From UHGV virus genome UHGV-0195539: DNA of 37,850 bases. One strand, written 5' to 3'. Positions 26,241-35,088 of this stretch are shown one piece after another. The stretch's first letter is position 1; each line of letters begins with the position of its first letter. Below the pieces are notes generated by a model. That model did no database searches and was not told the DNA's origin. It saw only the letters and a program-made list of their open reading frames with translations. This DNA is from a virus. A program made the translations under genes and the position numbers.

Positions 26241-28750
26241 GGGTTAACCTCCGGTTGATCTGCTGCCACCAGGCTTCGTGATTTTTCATCCCAGTGCACA
26301 ATCCGCCCGTCAGGCAGGCGAACGCGTGCACCTCTGTGTACGGAAAGTGCTGCGCCACTGTGTAGCTCCTCGCCCGTCGTGCTCAGTGCCGACTTGATCA
26401 CGGTGGTGGTGACGTCAGTCAGTGGCAATGCTGTACGTACATGTATGACGTCATCGGGCGTGGTGGAGCCGCCGGTTTTCACGGTTTTTGTGTCAGATGG
26501 CGCATCTTTCAGCTGCCTGGTGAGTTGTTTTCTCTCTGTGGGGGTCAGTGACCTTAACCATTCGCTCAAATCACCTTCCGGGATGGTCAGTTTTTGTTCT
26601 TTCCTGGTTTCCGGTGGTGGGGTTTTCCCCTCTCCGGTGTCTGTTTTTTCATCATGGGGACAGTTATTGCCACGAGTCCAAGGTGCGGCAAAGCCGCACT
26701 CAACGTCAAAACCCTCGTCCGTGCTGTTGTCGGCTTTCGCTTCTTTTCTGACCAGTTTCCACTCGTCCGGATGGGTACAGATGGTGTAGCGCTCGCCGAG
26801 CGACGGGGCGCAAATTCCGTAGATGCGCTGCGGGAATTCGCCGTAGTCGTTGGCCTCATCTGCGGTTTCGTATGCGGTGCGGACCAGGTACGCGTTGCGG
26901 GGAATGAGCACGCCACCCTGGCGGGTGATGTAGGTGGCAAAACACCCCACGTCAGCAGCGGCCAGAATGGCGTCAATGTCGTCATGATCCAGGCGCTTCG
27001 GTGATGCCGGGTTGCGCTCCATCTGTCCGGCAAGGCGGCGTAGTTCACGCCACACCTGGCGGGGCGGGATGCCGAAGAACTGGAACTGACGGATGCGATG
27101 GAGACTCGCCCAGGCAATGGCGTTTTCCACGGTTTCGGCCATGGTTTTCCCTGATTCCTCATCGGCGTAAGGTTTGCCGGTTTTCGGGTCATTGTCGTGA
27201 AAGGCGCTGGCGTCCAGGTTCTTGCCGATATAGGTTGCGATGTAACTTGCCGGTGTGCCTTTTGCCGGGTCGATTTTTTCGCACTTGAAGCGCGGCGAAA
27301 TATCATCCCCCAGTTCTGCGCGATCTGATTTGACTGCCGCGTCACGCATGATTGCAATGATGCGTTCTTCATTGTCCGGGGAGGTGAATACCAGCATGTG
27401 CCAGTGCGGTGTGCCGTCATGGTGTGGCTCAACGGTGCGCACCCCGTACCAGCTCAGGCCTTCTTTGTTGAGTTTTTTTCTTACAGCTGCAAAGACGTCG
27501 TACACCAGATAATCGCTGGCATCGCGCACGGTGGCACCGTTGTATTTCGGGTTCAGGCTGCCGTCCTCGTTTACGCTGTGAAAGCGGGAAGGGCAGGTCA
27601 CTGTCACGAAGAACGCGGAGTCACCACGCGATTCGGCGACCTGTTCCATCCCTCTGACGCAGGCCATCATCTCGTTGCGGCGGTTGCGCGGATTCCCCAG
27701 CCCTGACCAGTACACGTCCTCCAGGCTCAGGCGTTCACCGTCTTCGTTTTCAATGTCCCAGCTTTTGAGAAAATCACGGGTGCGCTGGCGTTTCTCCCGG
27801 AATTCCTGGAGTGACTCATGGCTGATGTAGGGGGATGCCTTGCGCGATACTCTTCCGGCGGCACGCAGTAATTCCTCCCGCCAGAGATCGGCGAGGTGGC
27901 GCAGCTGGTTGTTCCACCAGGTGGCGCAGGTGATGCGCATTACTGCACCCGGTACCCGTTCAGGGTCTGGTGCCGTGCGGCGGTCACGTCTGAGCTCGAG
28001 TGACGGCCAGCATGGTGGGGTCACGCCCAGTTTTAACGCCATGCGCGCCAGCTGCTGGTAAGTCAGCAACCAGGTAAACAGGTTATCGTCGCCTTTTCCT
28101 GTCCGCTCAGTAACTTCATCACATATGCGTTCCAGTTCGGTGGAAAATGCCGCCGCTGTTAGTGTGGCAAGGCGCTGAATTTGATCACGGTTGAGTTGTG
28201 GCAGCATGAGTAATTCATCAAGGCGATGGCGTGCTGCGGTGGCTTTGAATGCCGTCGTGGCGAAGCATTCATTCACCTGTTCGATGCGTTTCAGGCGTGT
28301 GCGCAGTCCACGGCGAACAAAGTTATCAGCCACGTGTGTATTGTTGTTTTTCACGCCTTCATGGCGGGCGCTTTGCTGTTTGCGGTTTAAACGCGCCAGA
28401 TCACGAATGAGCGCGTTGCCAAGAAACGAGGGCAGGGCGCGAAGTTCTGCCATGGCTTCCGATACCACTGTGGGCGGATTTTCGCGTTTGTGTCTCGCCA
28501 GTTTTTCCAGTCTGATCCGGCGCTCTTCGTCGTGGTGAAGATGCGAATTAATTCGCTTGCCTTCGTCTGTGTTTGTCAGGAAGTCGACGGTCTCTTCATC
28601 CAGTCTTGCATCAATGCGAATGTCTTCGTTGATGTAGCTCTGAATGGCCTGGCGTAATGCGGTTGGTTGCGCTCTGCCGAACGTTTCAGGATCGATAACC
28701 GGTAGCGGGGCGTTCCACGGGTACGCCAGTTGTGCGTTATGGTCGCTCAT
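26237..28750 (-). CDS. A: replication initiation endonuclease A (rolling-circle, HUH type)
   Basis: HWHMLVF HUH-type motif and large size match P2 gpA; ATG with GGGGAG SD, ATGA overlap with upstream gene. Confidence 0.9.
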   Translation of the reverse strand: MSDHNAQLAYPWNAPLPVIDPETFGRAQPTALRQAIQSYINEDIRIDARLDEETVDFLTNTDEGKRINSHLHHDEERRIRLEKLARHKRENPPTVVSEAMAELRALPSFLGNALIRDLARLNRKQQSARHEGVKNNNTHVADNFVRRGLRTRLKRIEQVNECFATTAFKATAARHRLDELLMLPQLNRDQIQRLATLTAAAFSTELERICDEVTERTGKGDDNLFTWLLTYQQLARMALKLGVTPPCWPSLELRRDRRTAPDPERVPGAVMRITCATWWNNQLRHLADLWREELLRAAGRVSRKASPYISHESLQEFREKRQRTRDFLKSWDIENEDGERLSLEDVYWSGLGNPRNRRNEMMACVRGMEQVAESRGDSAFFVTVTCPSRFHSVNEDGSLNPKYNGATVRDASDYLVYDVFAAVRKKLNKEGLSWYGVRTVEPHHDGTPHWHMLVFTSPDNEERIIAIMRDAAVKSDRAELGDDISPRFKCEKIDPAKGTPASYIATYIGKNLDASAFHDNDPKTGKPYADEESGKTMAETVENAIAWASLHRIRQFQFFGIPPRQVWRELRRLAGQMERNPASPKRLDHDDIDAILAAADVGCFATYITRQGGVLIPRNAYLVRTAYETADEANDYGEFPQRIYGICAPSLGERYTICTHPDEWKLVRKEAKADNSTDEGFDVECGFAAPWTRGNNCPHDEKTDTGEGKTPPPETRKEQKLTIPEGDLSEWLRSLTPTERKQLTRQLKDAPSDTKTVKTGGSTTPDDVIHVRTALPLTDVTTTVIKSALSTTGEELHSGAALSVHRGARVRLPDGRIVHWDEKSRSLVAADQPEVNP

Positions 28751-29163
28751 GCGTCGCACTCCCCGGCAGTCGCCGCCTGAAACGCCGCGCGGTACAGCAT
28801 GAGAAGGCGCTGGTATTCGCCGATAAAACCTTCTGCGGTGTATATACCTTTCACGGCCACGCTGTGGTTTGTCATTTCCAGAACCAGCGCCATCTCTGAT
28901 GACGACCAGCTGATGGTGGTGCTGTCGGTGCCGTTGATGTGAAATAAACCCAGTCCATCACCATCACCTTTCACGTCCACGCGGTAACGACCGTCAACGG
29001 TGAAGGAGAAATCCCCGGATGTGGTGATGCTGCGGGCAGCCTGTTTACAGGCGCGGCGGTAATAGTCGTGCCAGTCGTTCAGGCGGGAAGCCAGCCGGGG
29101 ATCCACTGCCCACATCCAGTTAAAAAAATCCTGAATATCTGAAAGTCCCTTAACGCTCTTCAT
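28747..29163 (-). CDS. hypothetical early protein (138 aa)
   Basis: GGAGG SD; ATGA overlap with A start. Confidence 0.55.
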   Translation of the reverse strand: MKSVKGLSDIQDFFNWMWAVDPRLASRLNDWHDYYRRACKQAARSITTSGDFSFTVDGRYRVDVKGDGDGLGLFHINGTDSTTISWSSSEMALVLEMTNHSVAVKGIYTAEGFIGEYQRLLMLYRAAFQAATAGECDA

Positions 29164-29231
29164 GAGAACCTCCGGTAACAGATGTGCGGAAGCCTCCCGC
29201 GTACGGGTGCGGGATGGCTTCAGGATGTTGT

Positions 29232-29459
29232 TTAGTGGTGGTGTTGCTGGTTGATAAGGTCCTGCAGCTCCGCGAGATCATCCGCCAGGTAGCTGAAAAC
29301 AGCGGCACAGTAACGGTTTGACAGAGCGTGAGTGCGCTCATGCAGCATGTTGATATGCATGATTTGCGCGACGCGTGTTGCGCGGAAAAGTCTGCGGTTG
29401 ATTTCAGTCTGGATGTGACGACGCTCAGCGCGGGCGCGCTGTTGCTTGCGGTTTGCCAT
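29232..29459 (-). CDS. hypothetical small basic protein (75 aa)
   Basis: GAAGAGG SD; Arg-rich N-terminus. Confidence 0.45.
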   Translation of the reverse strand: MANRKQQRARAERRHIQTEINRRLFRATRVAQIMHINMLHERTHALSNRYCAAVFSYLADDLAELQDLINQQHHH

Positions 29460-29842
29460 GGTGTGGCCTCTTCGTTTGTGAATTTTGAAAACTCACCAAC
29501 CAGAGGTGGAAAACTCAGGGTGGCGAGACGTACAGGGTTTCCACAACCGGCAAACGAAGAAACCGGCCCGACCGAAGTCGGCCCTGTACGCCCCGCCATA
29601 ATTCTGACGCGAAAAAGACGTGGCGATACAGTACGCACAAAAAAACCGCTGGCGCGGCTGTGCGCTTCGTTTGTCAGCGGGGTGGAAATCCCGGCACCCG
29701 TTTTATGAGGTGCAGCGGAAATGTAACCCGACACGACGAGCGCTGGCAAGCGGTTTTTGTGTTGCGTGCTGATGTGGTTAGAATGTGGCGAATTAATATC
29801 ACCTGGCAACTGGTGATTGTCTGCATACGCGGGGTGTTTCTG

Positions 29843-30307
29843 ATGAGTGATAAGCTCCCTTCTGATTACGACATTCTTTTTGACCTGTGGTACAGCTACT
29901 GGCTTGAACGTATTACATGTGTGTTTCACCGACGCGTTTCTGCTGCTCTGCGAATCAGCGCCTTTCTGGTTGGTGTTGCGGCGTTTGTCCTGTGTGATTT
30001 TGTTGTGTTGGTACTCTTCAGTGTGGTTCTGTTTCTGCTCTGGCAGTGCATGGCTGCCAGTTTTGAACGCAGGGCTGAAAAGGCTGAATGGCAGACAGTC
30101 AGTTACCAGCGCCTTATCAGTCAGCGCCATGTGATTAGTAAGGAATGCATGATTGCGCGCCTCTCCTTTGTTGAGGAAAGTGACAGTCCCATCATGGAGT
30201 GCATGATTAATCTTGCCTGGAATAAAGCCTGTGAGGCGGTTGGCAGCTCTTCGCGCAATCATGTTTCGTTCTCCGGTCGGTTACTCAGTCGCCTGTGCGG
30301 CTTCTGA
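29843..30307 (+). CDS. hypothetical membrane protein encoded antisense to the early operon
   Basis: Hydrophobic core ISAFLVGVAAFVLCDFVVLVLFSVVLFLLW; upstream TTGTGT-16 nt-TAGAAT sigma70-like promoter. Start chosen at MSDKLP; 3' end overlaps the convergent next gene. Confidence 0.4.
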   Translation: MSDKLPSDYDILFDLWYSYWLERITCVFHRRVSAALRISAFLVGVAAFVLCDFVVLVLFSVVLFLLWQCMAASFERRAEKAEWQTVSYQRLISQRHVISKECMIARLSFVEESDSPIMECMINLAWNKACEAVGSSSRNHVSFSGRLLSRLCGF

Positions 30308-30631
30308 CTGGCGAAGCAGCTGGGTGATGCTTTCACCGGCTGCCCTGTTTTCCGGGAATGACACCGGCATGTTCAGCTTGCGTGCCATTGCGTACTCTGC
30401 CCGTGCGCCAGCTGACTCCGTCCAGCCTTCCAGTAAGTAAATGGCATCGGCACACATGAGCATCGAAATACAAATGCTCATGTACTGCTGCTGGCTTAGT
30501 CCGTCCGGCAGTATGGCAGGGTTGAGTGCGGTGTATCCGGCTGACTTAAGCTTCATCGCCGCCATGGAAAACGCCGTTCTGTTGTGGTCTTTGTATCCGG
30601 TCATGGGACCGGCGATATAAATCACTGCCAT
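30281..30631 (-). CDS. DUF4406-like protein (nucleoside 2-deoxyribosyltransferase-like fold)
   Basis: N-terminal VIYIAGPMTG motif; GGGAGG SD. Confidence 0.55.
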   Translation of the reverse strand: MAVIYIAGPMTGYKDHNRTAFSMAAMKLKSAGYTALNPAILPDGLSQQQYMSICISMLMCADAIYLLEGWTESAGARAEYAMARKLNMPVSFPENRAAGESITQLLRQSEAAQATE

Positions 30632-30840
30632 GCTGTACCTCCCGTGTTGCGTGTTGCTGTCAGCACGCGTACTTCTTCCATGTTCGTGGCGCAGAAGTGC
30701 GAGCCGTTGATAAGGCGGATGTGATGCATCTCAGGATTGCGTGAGTCCTGGCGTGTCATGCCCGGGTCAATCAGGCTTTCGTCGACTTCGTACTGACGGC
30801 CGTTGGCTGTGAACCGGATAACGGTTGATTCCTGGATCAT
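30622..30840 (-). CDS. hypothetical small protein (72 aa)
   Basis: GAGGAAGGGG SD; ATGA overlap with upstream gene. Confidence 0.45.
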   Translation of the reverse strand: MIQESTVIRFTANGRQYEVDESLIDPGMTRQDSRNPEMHHIRLINGSHFCATNMEEVRVLTATRNTGGTAWQ

Positions 30841-31109
30841 TGTTCGCCCCTTCCTCTCCGTTCCTTGTTTGCTGCGGTTTTAAGTGCCTCAATTTCCCGT
30901 TGCTGCTCCTCAATGAATTCAGCGGACCTGCTGGCAAGCATTGCCGTATAGCTGTGTCCAAGTGCCACAAATATCCCCGAATCCCGCTTCTCCACCGCCT
31001 CTCTTGCTTCCTGTTGTTTGATGCAGGCCAGATATCTCAGTGCTGAAACGACGATTGATTGCTGCGTGCTTTTGTTATTCACCGGTTGACTCCTGTGTTG
31101 CTGATTCAT
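30837..31109 (-). CDS. hypothetical protein (about 90 aa)
   Basis: Internal ATG just downstream of the dam stop; the longer track ORF would overlap dam. Confidence 0.4.
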   Translation of the reverse strand: MNQQHRSQPVNNKSTQQSIVVSALRYLACIKQQEAREAVEKRDSGIFVALGHSYTAMLASRSAEFIEEQQREIEALKTAANKERRGRGEQ

Positions 31110-31117
31110 CTGGTTAT

Positions 31118-32092
31118 TCACGGGTGAGCAGAGGTAAACATCGCGCTGTACGTTGCATCTCCCGTCGCCGGGCCGCAGTCCGGGCACCAGCCACCGCCAT
31201 GGCGACCGCAGGTGTCGCACTGCTTCAGGGTGGCGATAACTTCCATTGCGGGTTCACTGGTTCTTGCGCCAACGCTTCGTGGTGCCTGTATGCAGTTCAT
31301 CCGGTAACCCTGATAAATGCGTCTGGTTTCCGGTGTGTCGGAATTGGAGATGGTGATGCTGGTCATGCCGCCCGTTTCCTGTGAAAGGCGGTCAAGCGCT
31401 GCTCTCAGGCGAATGTGGTCGTCCTTCGTGAAGGGTTTTCCATAGGCGGTGAAATTGTCCCGGCCACTGAATGGCAGGTAAGGGGGATCGCAGTACACGC
31501 AAAGCGTGTTACCCATGCTGAACAGGTGGCTGGCACAGCTCAGCGTTTTTCGAAAATCGCCATGAACAAGCAGTGTTCGGGTGCTGTTTGCCTTGTCTGC
31601 AAATGCGCGGATCTCCCGCTCAGGAAAATAAGGTTTGCTGTAGCTGCCGAAAGGCACGTTAAAATCGCCTTTTCCATTCACGCGGAACAGGCCGTTAAAA
31701 CAGTGTCGGTTGAGGTACAAAAACATGGCGGCCAGTCGCAGTTTCCGACGGTCGCTTATTCCCGTGCTCAGGAATGCATGATTCTCTGCATTAAAGGTGT
31801 TGCGGATGGCGAGATAGTCAGCCCTGTTGTTATGTTCCAGGAACAGGTCTTTTGCCTCATCGATCAGGCTGTCGGTGTTGTCCCGTGCTGCCCGCCAGAA
31901 ATTAATCAGCGCACCGTTGGAATCTCCAAGGATGCAGCGGCTGTAACGGGTGTTCATGAATACCGATGCGCCACCCACGAACGGCTCAACCAGGCAGTCA
32001 GCTTCTGGCAGGTGCGCCTTCAGTGTGTCCATGATGCGGTTTTTTCCGCCCACCCATTTCAGCGGTGTGCCGGATAACAGTTTTTCGCTCAT
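31118..32092 (-). CDS. dam: DNA adenine methyltransferase (Dam-like) with C-terminal Cys-rich zinc-ribbon-like tail
   Basis: DPPY catalytic motif (VYCDPPY) and GG...VFMN SAM-binding region; C-terminal CDTCGRHGGGWCPDCG. Confidence 0.85.
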   Translation of the reverse strand: MSEKLLSGTPLKWVGGKNRIMDTLKAHLPEADCLVEPFVGGASVFMNTRYSRCILGDSNGALINFWRAARDNTDSLIDEAKDLFLEHNNRADYLAIRNTFNAENHAFLSTGISDRRKLRLAAMFLYLNRHCFNGLFRVNGKGDFNVPFGSYSKPYFPEREIRAFADKANSTRTLLVHGDFRKTLSCASHLFSMGNTLCVYCDPPYLPFSGRDNFTAYGKPFTKDDHIRLRAALDRLSQETGGMTSITISNSDTPETRRIYQGYRMNCIQAPRSVGARTSEPAMEVIATLKQCDTCGRHGGGWCPDCGPATGDATYSAMFTSAHP

Positions 32093-32316
32093 AACGCGGC
32101 CTCTCTGTTATAGGTTTCGTGCGTTAATAAATCCCATGACTTCCCGTTGTTTTTGCTCAGTAATCGCCAGCGAAAACCGATTCTTATGACCAGGTAGTCG
32201 TGGGGCTTTATGCGTGAAAAATTCCGCGCTCCGTTGCGAAATAAGCGCAGAGACGTGCGGGCTTTTGTTTCCACGTTCAGGGGGGGGCGGCAACGCATAT
32301 TCAGGATGGCGACCAT
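32089..32316 (-). CDS. hypothetical small basic protein (75 aa), stop overlaps dam start
   Basis: GAGGTG SD; stop overlaps the dam ATG (ATGA). Confidence 0.4.
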   Translation of the reverse strand: MVAILNMRCRPPLNVETKARTSLRLFRNGARNFSRIKPHDYLVIRIGFRWRLLSKNNGKSWDLLTHETYNREAAL

Positions 32317-32325
32317 GGCTTCACC

Positions 32326-32907
32326 TCATATGTTCAGGAATGGTGTTGTGAAGCGCTGCCAGATTTCTGACACGATCTTTGCCTGGTAAATGGCGTCGCT
32401 TAGTGCGGTGTGAGCAATGGCCTCTTTTCCTGATCTGCCTGGCATTTTCCAGCCCGTTGACTCAGCCATGGCGATAAGCGGGCGCATACAGCGCTCGTTC
32501 CAGTAGCACCACGGAATGCTTTTTTCTCCGGCTGTGCGTGTTATGGCGGATTTCAGGATCGGGAAATCGAAGGATGCGCCCTTGCACCATATGGTCAGTG
32601 AATTGCCCGGGCTTTCGTCATGCATGTTGCGTGAAATGAACGCCAGAAATTCGGTCACAGCTGCAAGCTCTGTTCCCTTTGCGTTGCGCAGGCAGGCTCT
32701 GGCTTCCACGGATTGTCCGGCCCACCATACAGTGGTTGCTGCATTGACGGTTCCGCCGTTGCGTTCTGAATCCACCGGGTCGATGAATTGCTCAAACTGC
32801 TTGCCCAGCTTTCCGGTGAACGGGTCGAAAAACACCGCGCCAATTGCGAATATGACGGCATCCGGTCCGGAGCCCAGTGTTTCAGTGTCAATCATGAGGT
32901 GGTTCAT
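32326..32907 (-). CDS. 3'-5' exonuclease (DEDD/DnaQ-like)
   Basis: N-terminal MIDTETLG exo I motif and distal H...D motif. Confidence 0.75.
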   Translation of the reverse strand: MNHLMIDTETLGSGPDAVIFAIGAVFFDPFTGKLGKQFEQFIDPVDSERNGGTVNAATTVWWAGQSVEARACLRNAKGTELAAVTEFLAFISRNMHDESPGNSLTIWCKGASFDFPILKSAITRTAGEKSIPWCYWNERCMRPLIAMAESTGWKMPGRSGKEAIAHTALSDAIYQAKIVSEIWQRFTTPFLNI

Positions 32908-33137
32908 TGTGCGTTACCTTTCTGTTCACGGGTGTTCATGAGCACAGCAATTAATCGCTCAATGGCTGAGTAGATTTGTTCCGGGGATGCGTTAATTTCT
33001 TTCATCCCGTCAATCCGCTCGCGCAGTATTTCGCAGATATGCGCACGCTCGGCATTTCTTGCGGCCATGCTGATATGTGCGTGCATGTGCTCCTGTCCGG
33101 TGCTTATTTCTTTGTCAGGTGATTTAACGGTTTTCAT
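32904..33137 (-). CDS. hypothetical small protein (77 aa)
   Basis: ATGA-type overlap with the exonuclease gene. Confidence 0.45.
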   Translation of the reverse strand: MKTVKSPDKEISTGQEHMHAHISMAARNAERAHICEILRERIDGMKEINASPEQIYSAIERLIAVLMNTREQKGNAQ

Positions 33138-33234
33138 TGTTGTCTCATGAAAAAAGACAAAGGGAACCCGAAGGCATGAATGCCTTAATTAACTGTTCAT
33201 GTGTGTTCTGGTGTTATCGGAAGTTCATTTGCTG

Positions 33235-33339
33235 TTACAGATTTAAATATTGAGTAAGCAGCTTCACCACGAAATAAGAAACAACGAATGACGCCAGTAA
33301 TATCACCCATGACGCGATAATGATTAATGTTGAACTCAT
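33235..33339 (-). CDS. predicted 34-aa hydrophobic peptide (MSSTLIIIASWVILLASFVVSYFVVKLLTQYLNL)
   Basis: ATG overlaps the stop of the upstream 79-aa gene (ATGA); uninterrupted 34 codons; palindrome AAGGCAT-GA-ATGCCTT lies downstream. Not in ORF track (too short). Confidence 0.3.
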   Translation of the reverse strand: MSSTLIIIASWVILLASFVVSYFVVKLLTQYLNL

Positions 33340-33575
33340 ACGACCGCCAGATTGTAGGGCTGGATGTACCCATCAATATCCATCTGGCTGATGAGCTCGT
33401 TTATTTCGGTAAGCGCCTCACTGTCGTCAGCGCAGAATGCTGCCCGTTGTAACCCGCTGAGGCCCAGTATCAGGGAGTTGTCGGCGGCAGTTTTATTTTC
33501 TCCGTTTGTTTTTGCCAGTGAAAAACTGTGGCGCTCAAGGAGCAAATTCACTAATTGTTTGTAGTGGTTGTTCAT
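33336..33575 (-). CDS. hypothetical small acidic protein (79 aa)
   Basis: ORF in an AT-rich stretch; no recognisable family. Confidence 0.45.
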   Translation of the reverse strand: MNNHYKQLVNLLLERHSFSLAKTNGENKTAADNSLILGLSGLQRAAFCADDSEALTEINELISQMDIDGYIQPYNLAVV

Positions 33576-33599
33576 GTCTGTCTCCTTTCTCTCCTGTGA

Positions 33600-33824
33600 T
33601 TAAAATACAATCCAGTCCGCAGGATTTGATCTATTTTTAATGGTTTTTATTATTGCGCTTACGCATTTAACAGCGTTGCTTTCCGTGTCAGTAATCAAAT
33701 TAATTTCAACACCTTCTTTAAGAATAATTTTTACTTCACGGTCATGTCTGGTAGCAGAGCTAATACTACTTATTTTAATTATCCCGGACTCACGTGTGCT
33801 TTCATAAAGATAATATTTTTTCAT
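33600..33824 (-). CDS. hypothetical small protein (74 aa), AT-rich
   Basis: ORF with strongly AT-biased codon use compared with flanking phage genes. Confidence 0.4.
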   Translation of the reverse strand: MKKYYLYESTRESGIIKISSISSATRHDREVKIILKEGVEINLITDTESNAVKCVSAIIKTIKNRSNPADWIVF

Positions 33825-33837
33825 ATTTCCACCCGCG

Positions 33838-34188
33838 TTAGTTGTTGTGAAAACTTCTTCCGTTTATCAGGCGGTCTGCTGTCCTTAAGGCTTCAAAAAG
33901 TGTGAAGTCCTGCCCGAAATATTCATCACCCCGTGTCAGAGAAAAATTAAATCTGCCAGTAACAGGGCTGCGAAGGCTTTTGTGAATGACGATGCCGGTA
34001 TCGCCAACCGTCCAGGTGTGTTTGCCGGTTTGTGTTACAGGGCGGCCGTCAGGTGTTGCATGGATTTCAGTGGTTGCGGTCGCACCATTTTTACGGTGGG
34101 ACTGACACGCAACGTTGCGTTCTGCGCCACTGCGCAATTTGTGGCGTTCAGTGTTGTTATGGATGCGCGCATTTCGTTGTTGCTTCAT
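33838..34188 (-). CDS. hypothetical protein (116 aa)
   Basis: ORF in the early operon; no motif recognised. Confidence 0.45.
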   Translation of the reverse strand: MKQQRNARIHNNTERHKLRSGAERNVACQSHRKNGATATTEIHATPDGRPVTQTGKHTWTVGDTGIVIHKSLRSPVTGRFNFSLTRGDEYFGQDFTLFEALRTADRLINGRSFHNN

Positions 34189-34213
34189 TCTTCACTCGGT
34201 CCTTATGCGATGA

Positions 34214-34408
34214 TTACAGTGATTCGTCTCTTGTCAGCCTAAAAATCACTTCAGCCATGACTTCGCTAATTACATCGATCCCCTGATCGGTAAGGGCTTC
34301 TTTCCAGGCCTTGCTTGCACGTGTTGGATCCATCCTGCCTGATTGCTGTTGTATGATGATGAAGCGTAAATCGCTGTATAAGTCTTTTGTTTGAGTGGAG
34401 TCAGTCAT
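34214..34408 (-). CDS. hypothetical small protein (64 aa)
   Basis: ORF following the Cox-like gene. Confidence 0.4.
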   Translation of the reverse strand: MTDSTQTKDLYSDLRFIIIQQQSGRMDPTRASKAWKEALTDQGIDVISEVMAEVIFRLTRDESL

Positions 34409-34459
34409 GTCAACACCTTCAAATCCCGATGCTCTTAATGATCCCGGTTTGTTTTGATG

Positions 34460-34984
34460 TCACTGGTTGCCTTCGCTGTATTGGTGTTGCTCCAGTTTTG
34501 ACTTTCTTCCTGTGTAAACCCGCTTTCCATTGATGGTCTGGCAGTCTTCTTTGTTTGCCGGGGAAAACTTTCTTTTCTGTCGGTCGTACGTCCAGTAGCT
34601 TTTCCAGTTGTGCCATTCTGGCGGCTCGCATTCTGGTAGTTCGTCAGCCAGCTTGTCCCACTCTCTGGCGTTAAACCACCATACGCCATCCGAATTTTCA
34701 TCTTCAGGGTTTGAACGGGTCTTGTGTCCAGGCATCTGATTTCGCTGAAGCGCCACGCGCAATGCAGCTTTTGTCAACCCGATATAGGCTGCCCCTTTTT
34801 CAAGTGAGCAAAGTCCGGCTACCGGGCCATCCAGTCGCAAGGTTGCCCCTTTTTTGTAGGTGCGTTTTTTCTTTTCCTCTTGGTGTTCATCGTCGTTTGC
34901 CGCGCCAACGGATTCGGTGATGCTGTCGTTTTCATGAAGGGCTTGTGTGTCAGATAACTCTTTATCGGCAATTGACTTCCGCAT
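34460..34984 (-). CDS. Cox/Apl-like early regulator (putative excisionase/repressor), unusually long
   Basis: First gene of the early operon, divergent from C; HTH-like YIGLTKAALRVAL and WWFNAREWDKLA resemble P2 Cox; AAGAGGA SD. 174 aa versus 91 aa for P2 Cox. Confidence 0.45.
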   Translation of the reverse strand: MRKSIADKELSDTQALHENDSITESVGAANDDEHQEEKKKRTYKKGATLRLDGPVAGLCSLEKGAAYIGLTKAALRVALQRNQMPGHKTRSNPEDENSDGVWWFNAREWDKLADELPECEPPEWHNWKSYWTYDRQKRKFSPANKEDCQTINGKRVYTGRKSKLEQHQYSEGNQ

Positions 34985-35044
34985 TTGCTATCCTCTTGCG
35001 TTGGTGCGCTTGTCGCGCATCATGAAGGTTTGTTTAGGTTTATA

Positions 35045-35068
35045 AAAGATACTCGCACGAGTATCTTT
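35045..35068. promoter_or_regulatory. perfect 24-bp palindromic operator candidate in the C/cox switch region
   Basis: AAAGATACTCG-CA-CGAGTATCTTT read directly; overlaps a TATAAA -10-like element. Confidence 0.5.
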
Positions 35069-35088
35069 CGCGAGAGGTTAATACTCAA

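Noticed and set aside
26587-27432. 281-aa minus-strand ORF and several plus-strand ORFs inside gene A
   Set aside because: Alternative-frame or antisense ORFs within the conserved replication endonuclease gene; Pro/Arg/Thr-rich translations typical of off-frame GC-rich sequence.
29460-29842. Possible tRNA or retron-like ncRNA in the 380-bp non-coding stretch
   Set aside because: No T-loop (GTTCGA-type) or cloverleaf could be built by eye, and there is no reverse transcriptase gene in the window. Left as an unexplained non-coding interval in the findings.
29150-30262. 370-aa minus-strand ORF spanning the orf138/orf75/membrane-gene interval
   Set aside because: Overlaps two well-formed genes and the antisense membrane protein gene; translation is low-complexity and non-protein-like. 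Treated as a spurious long frame.
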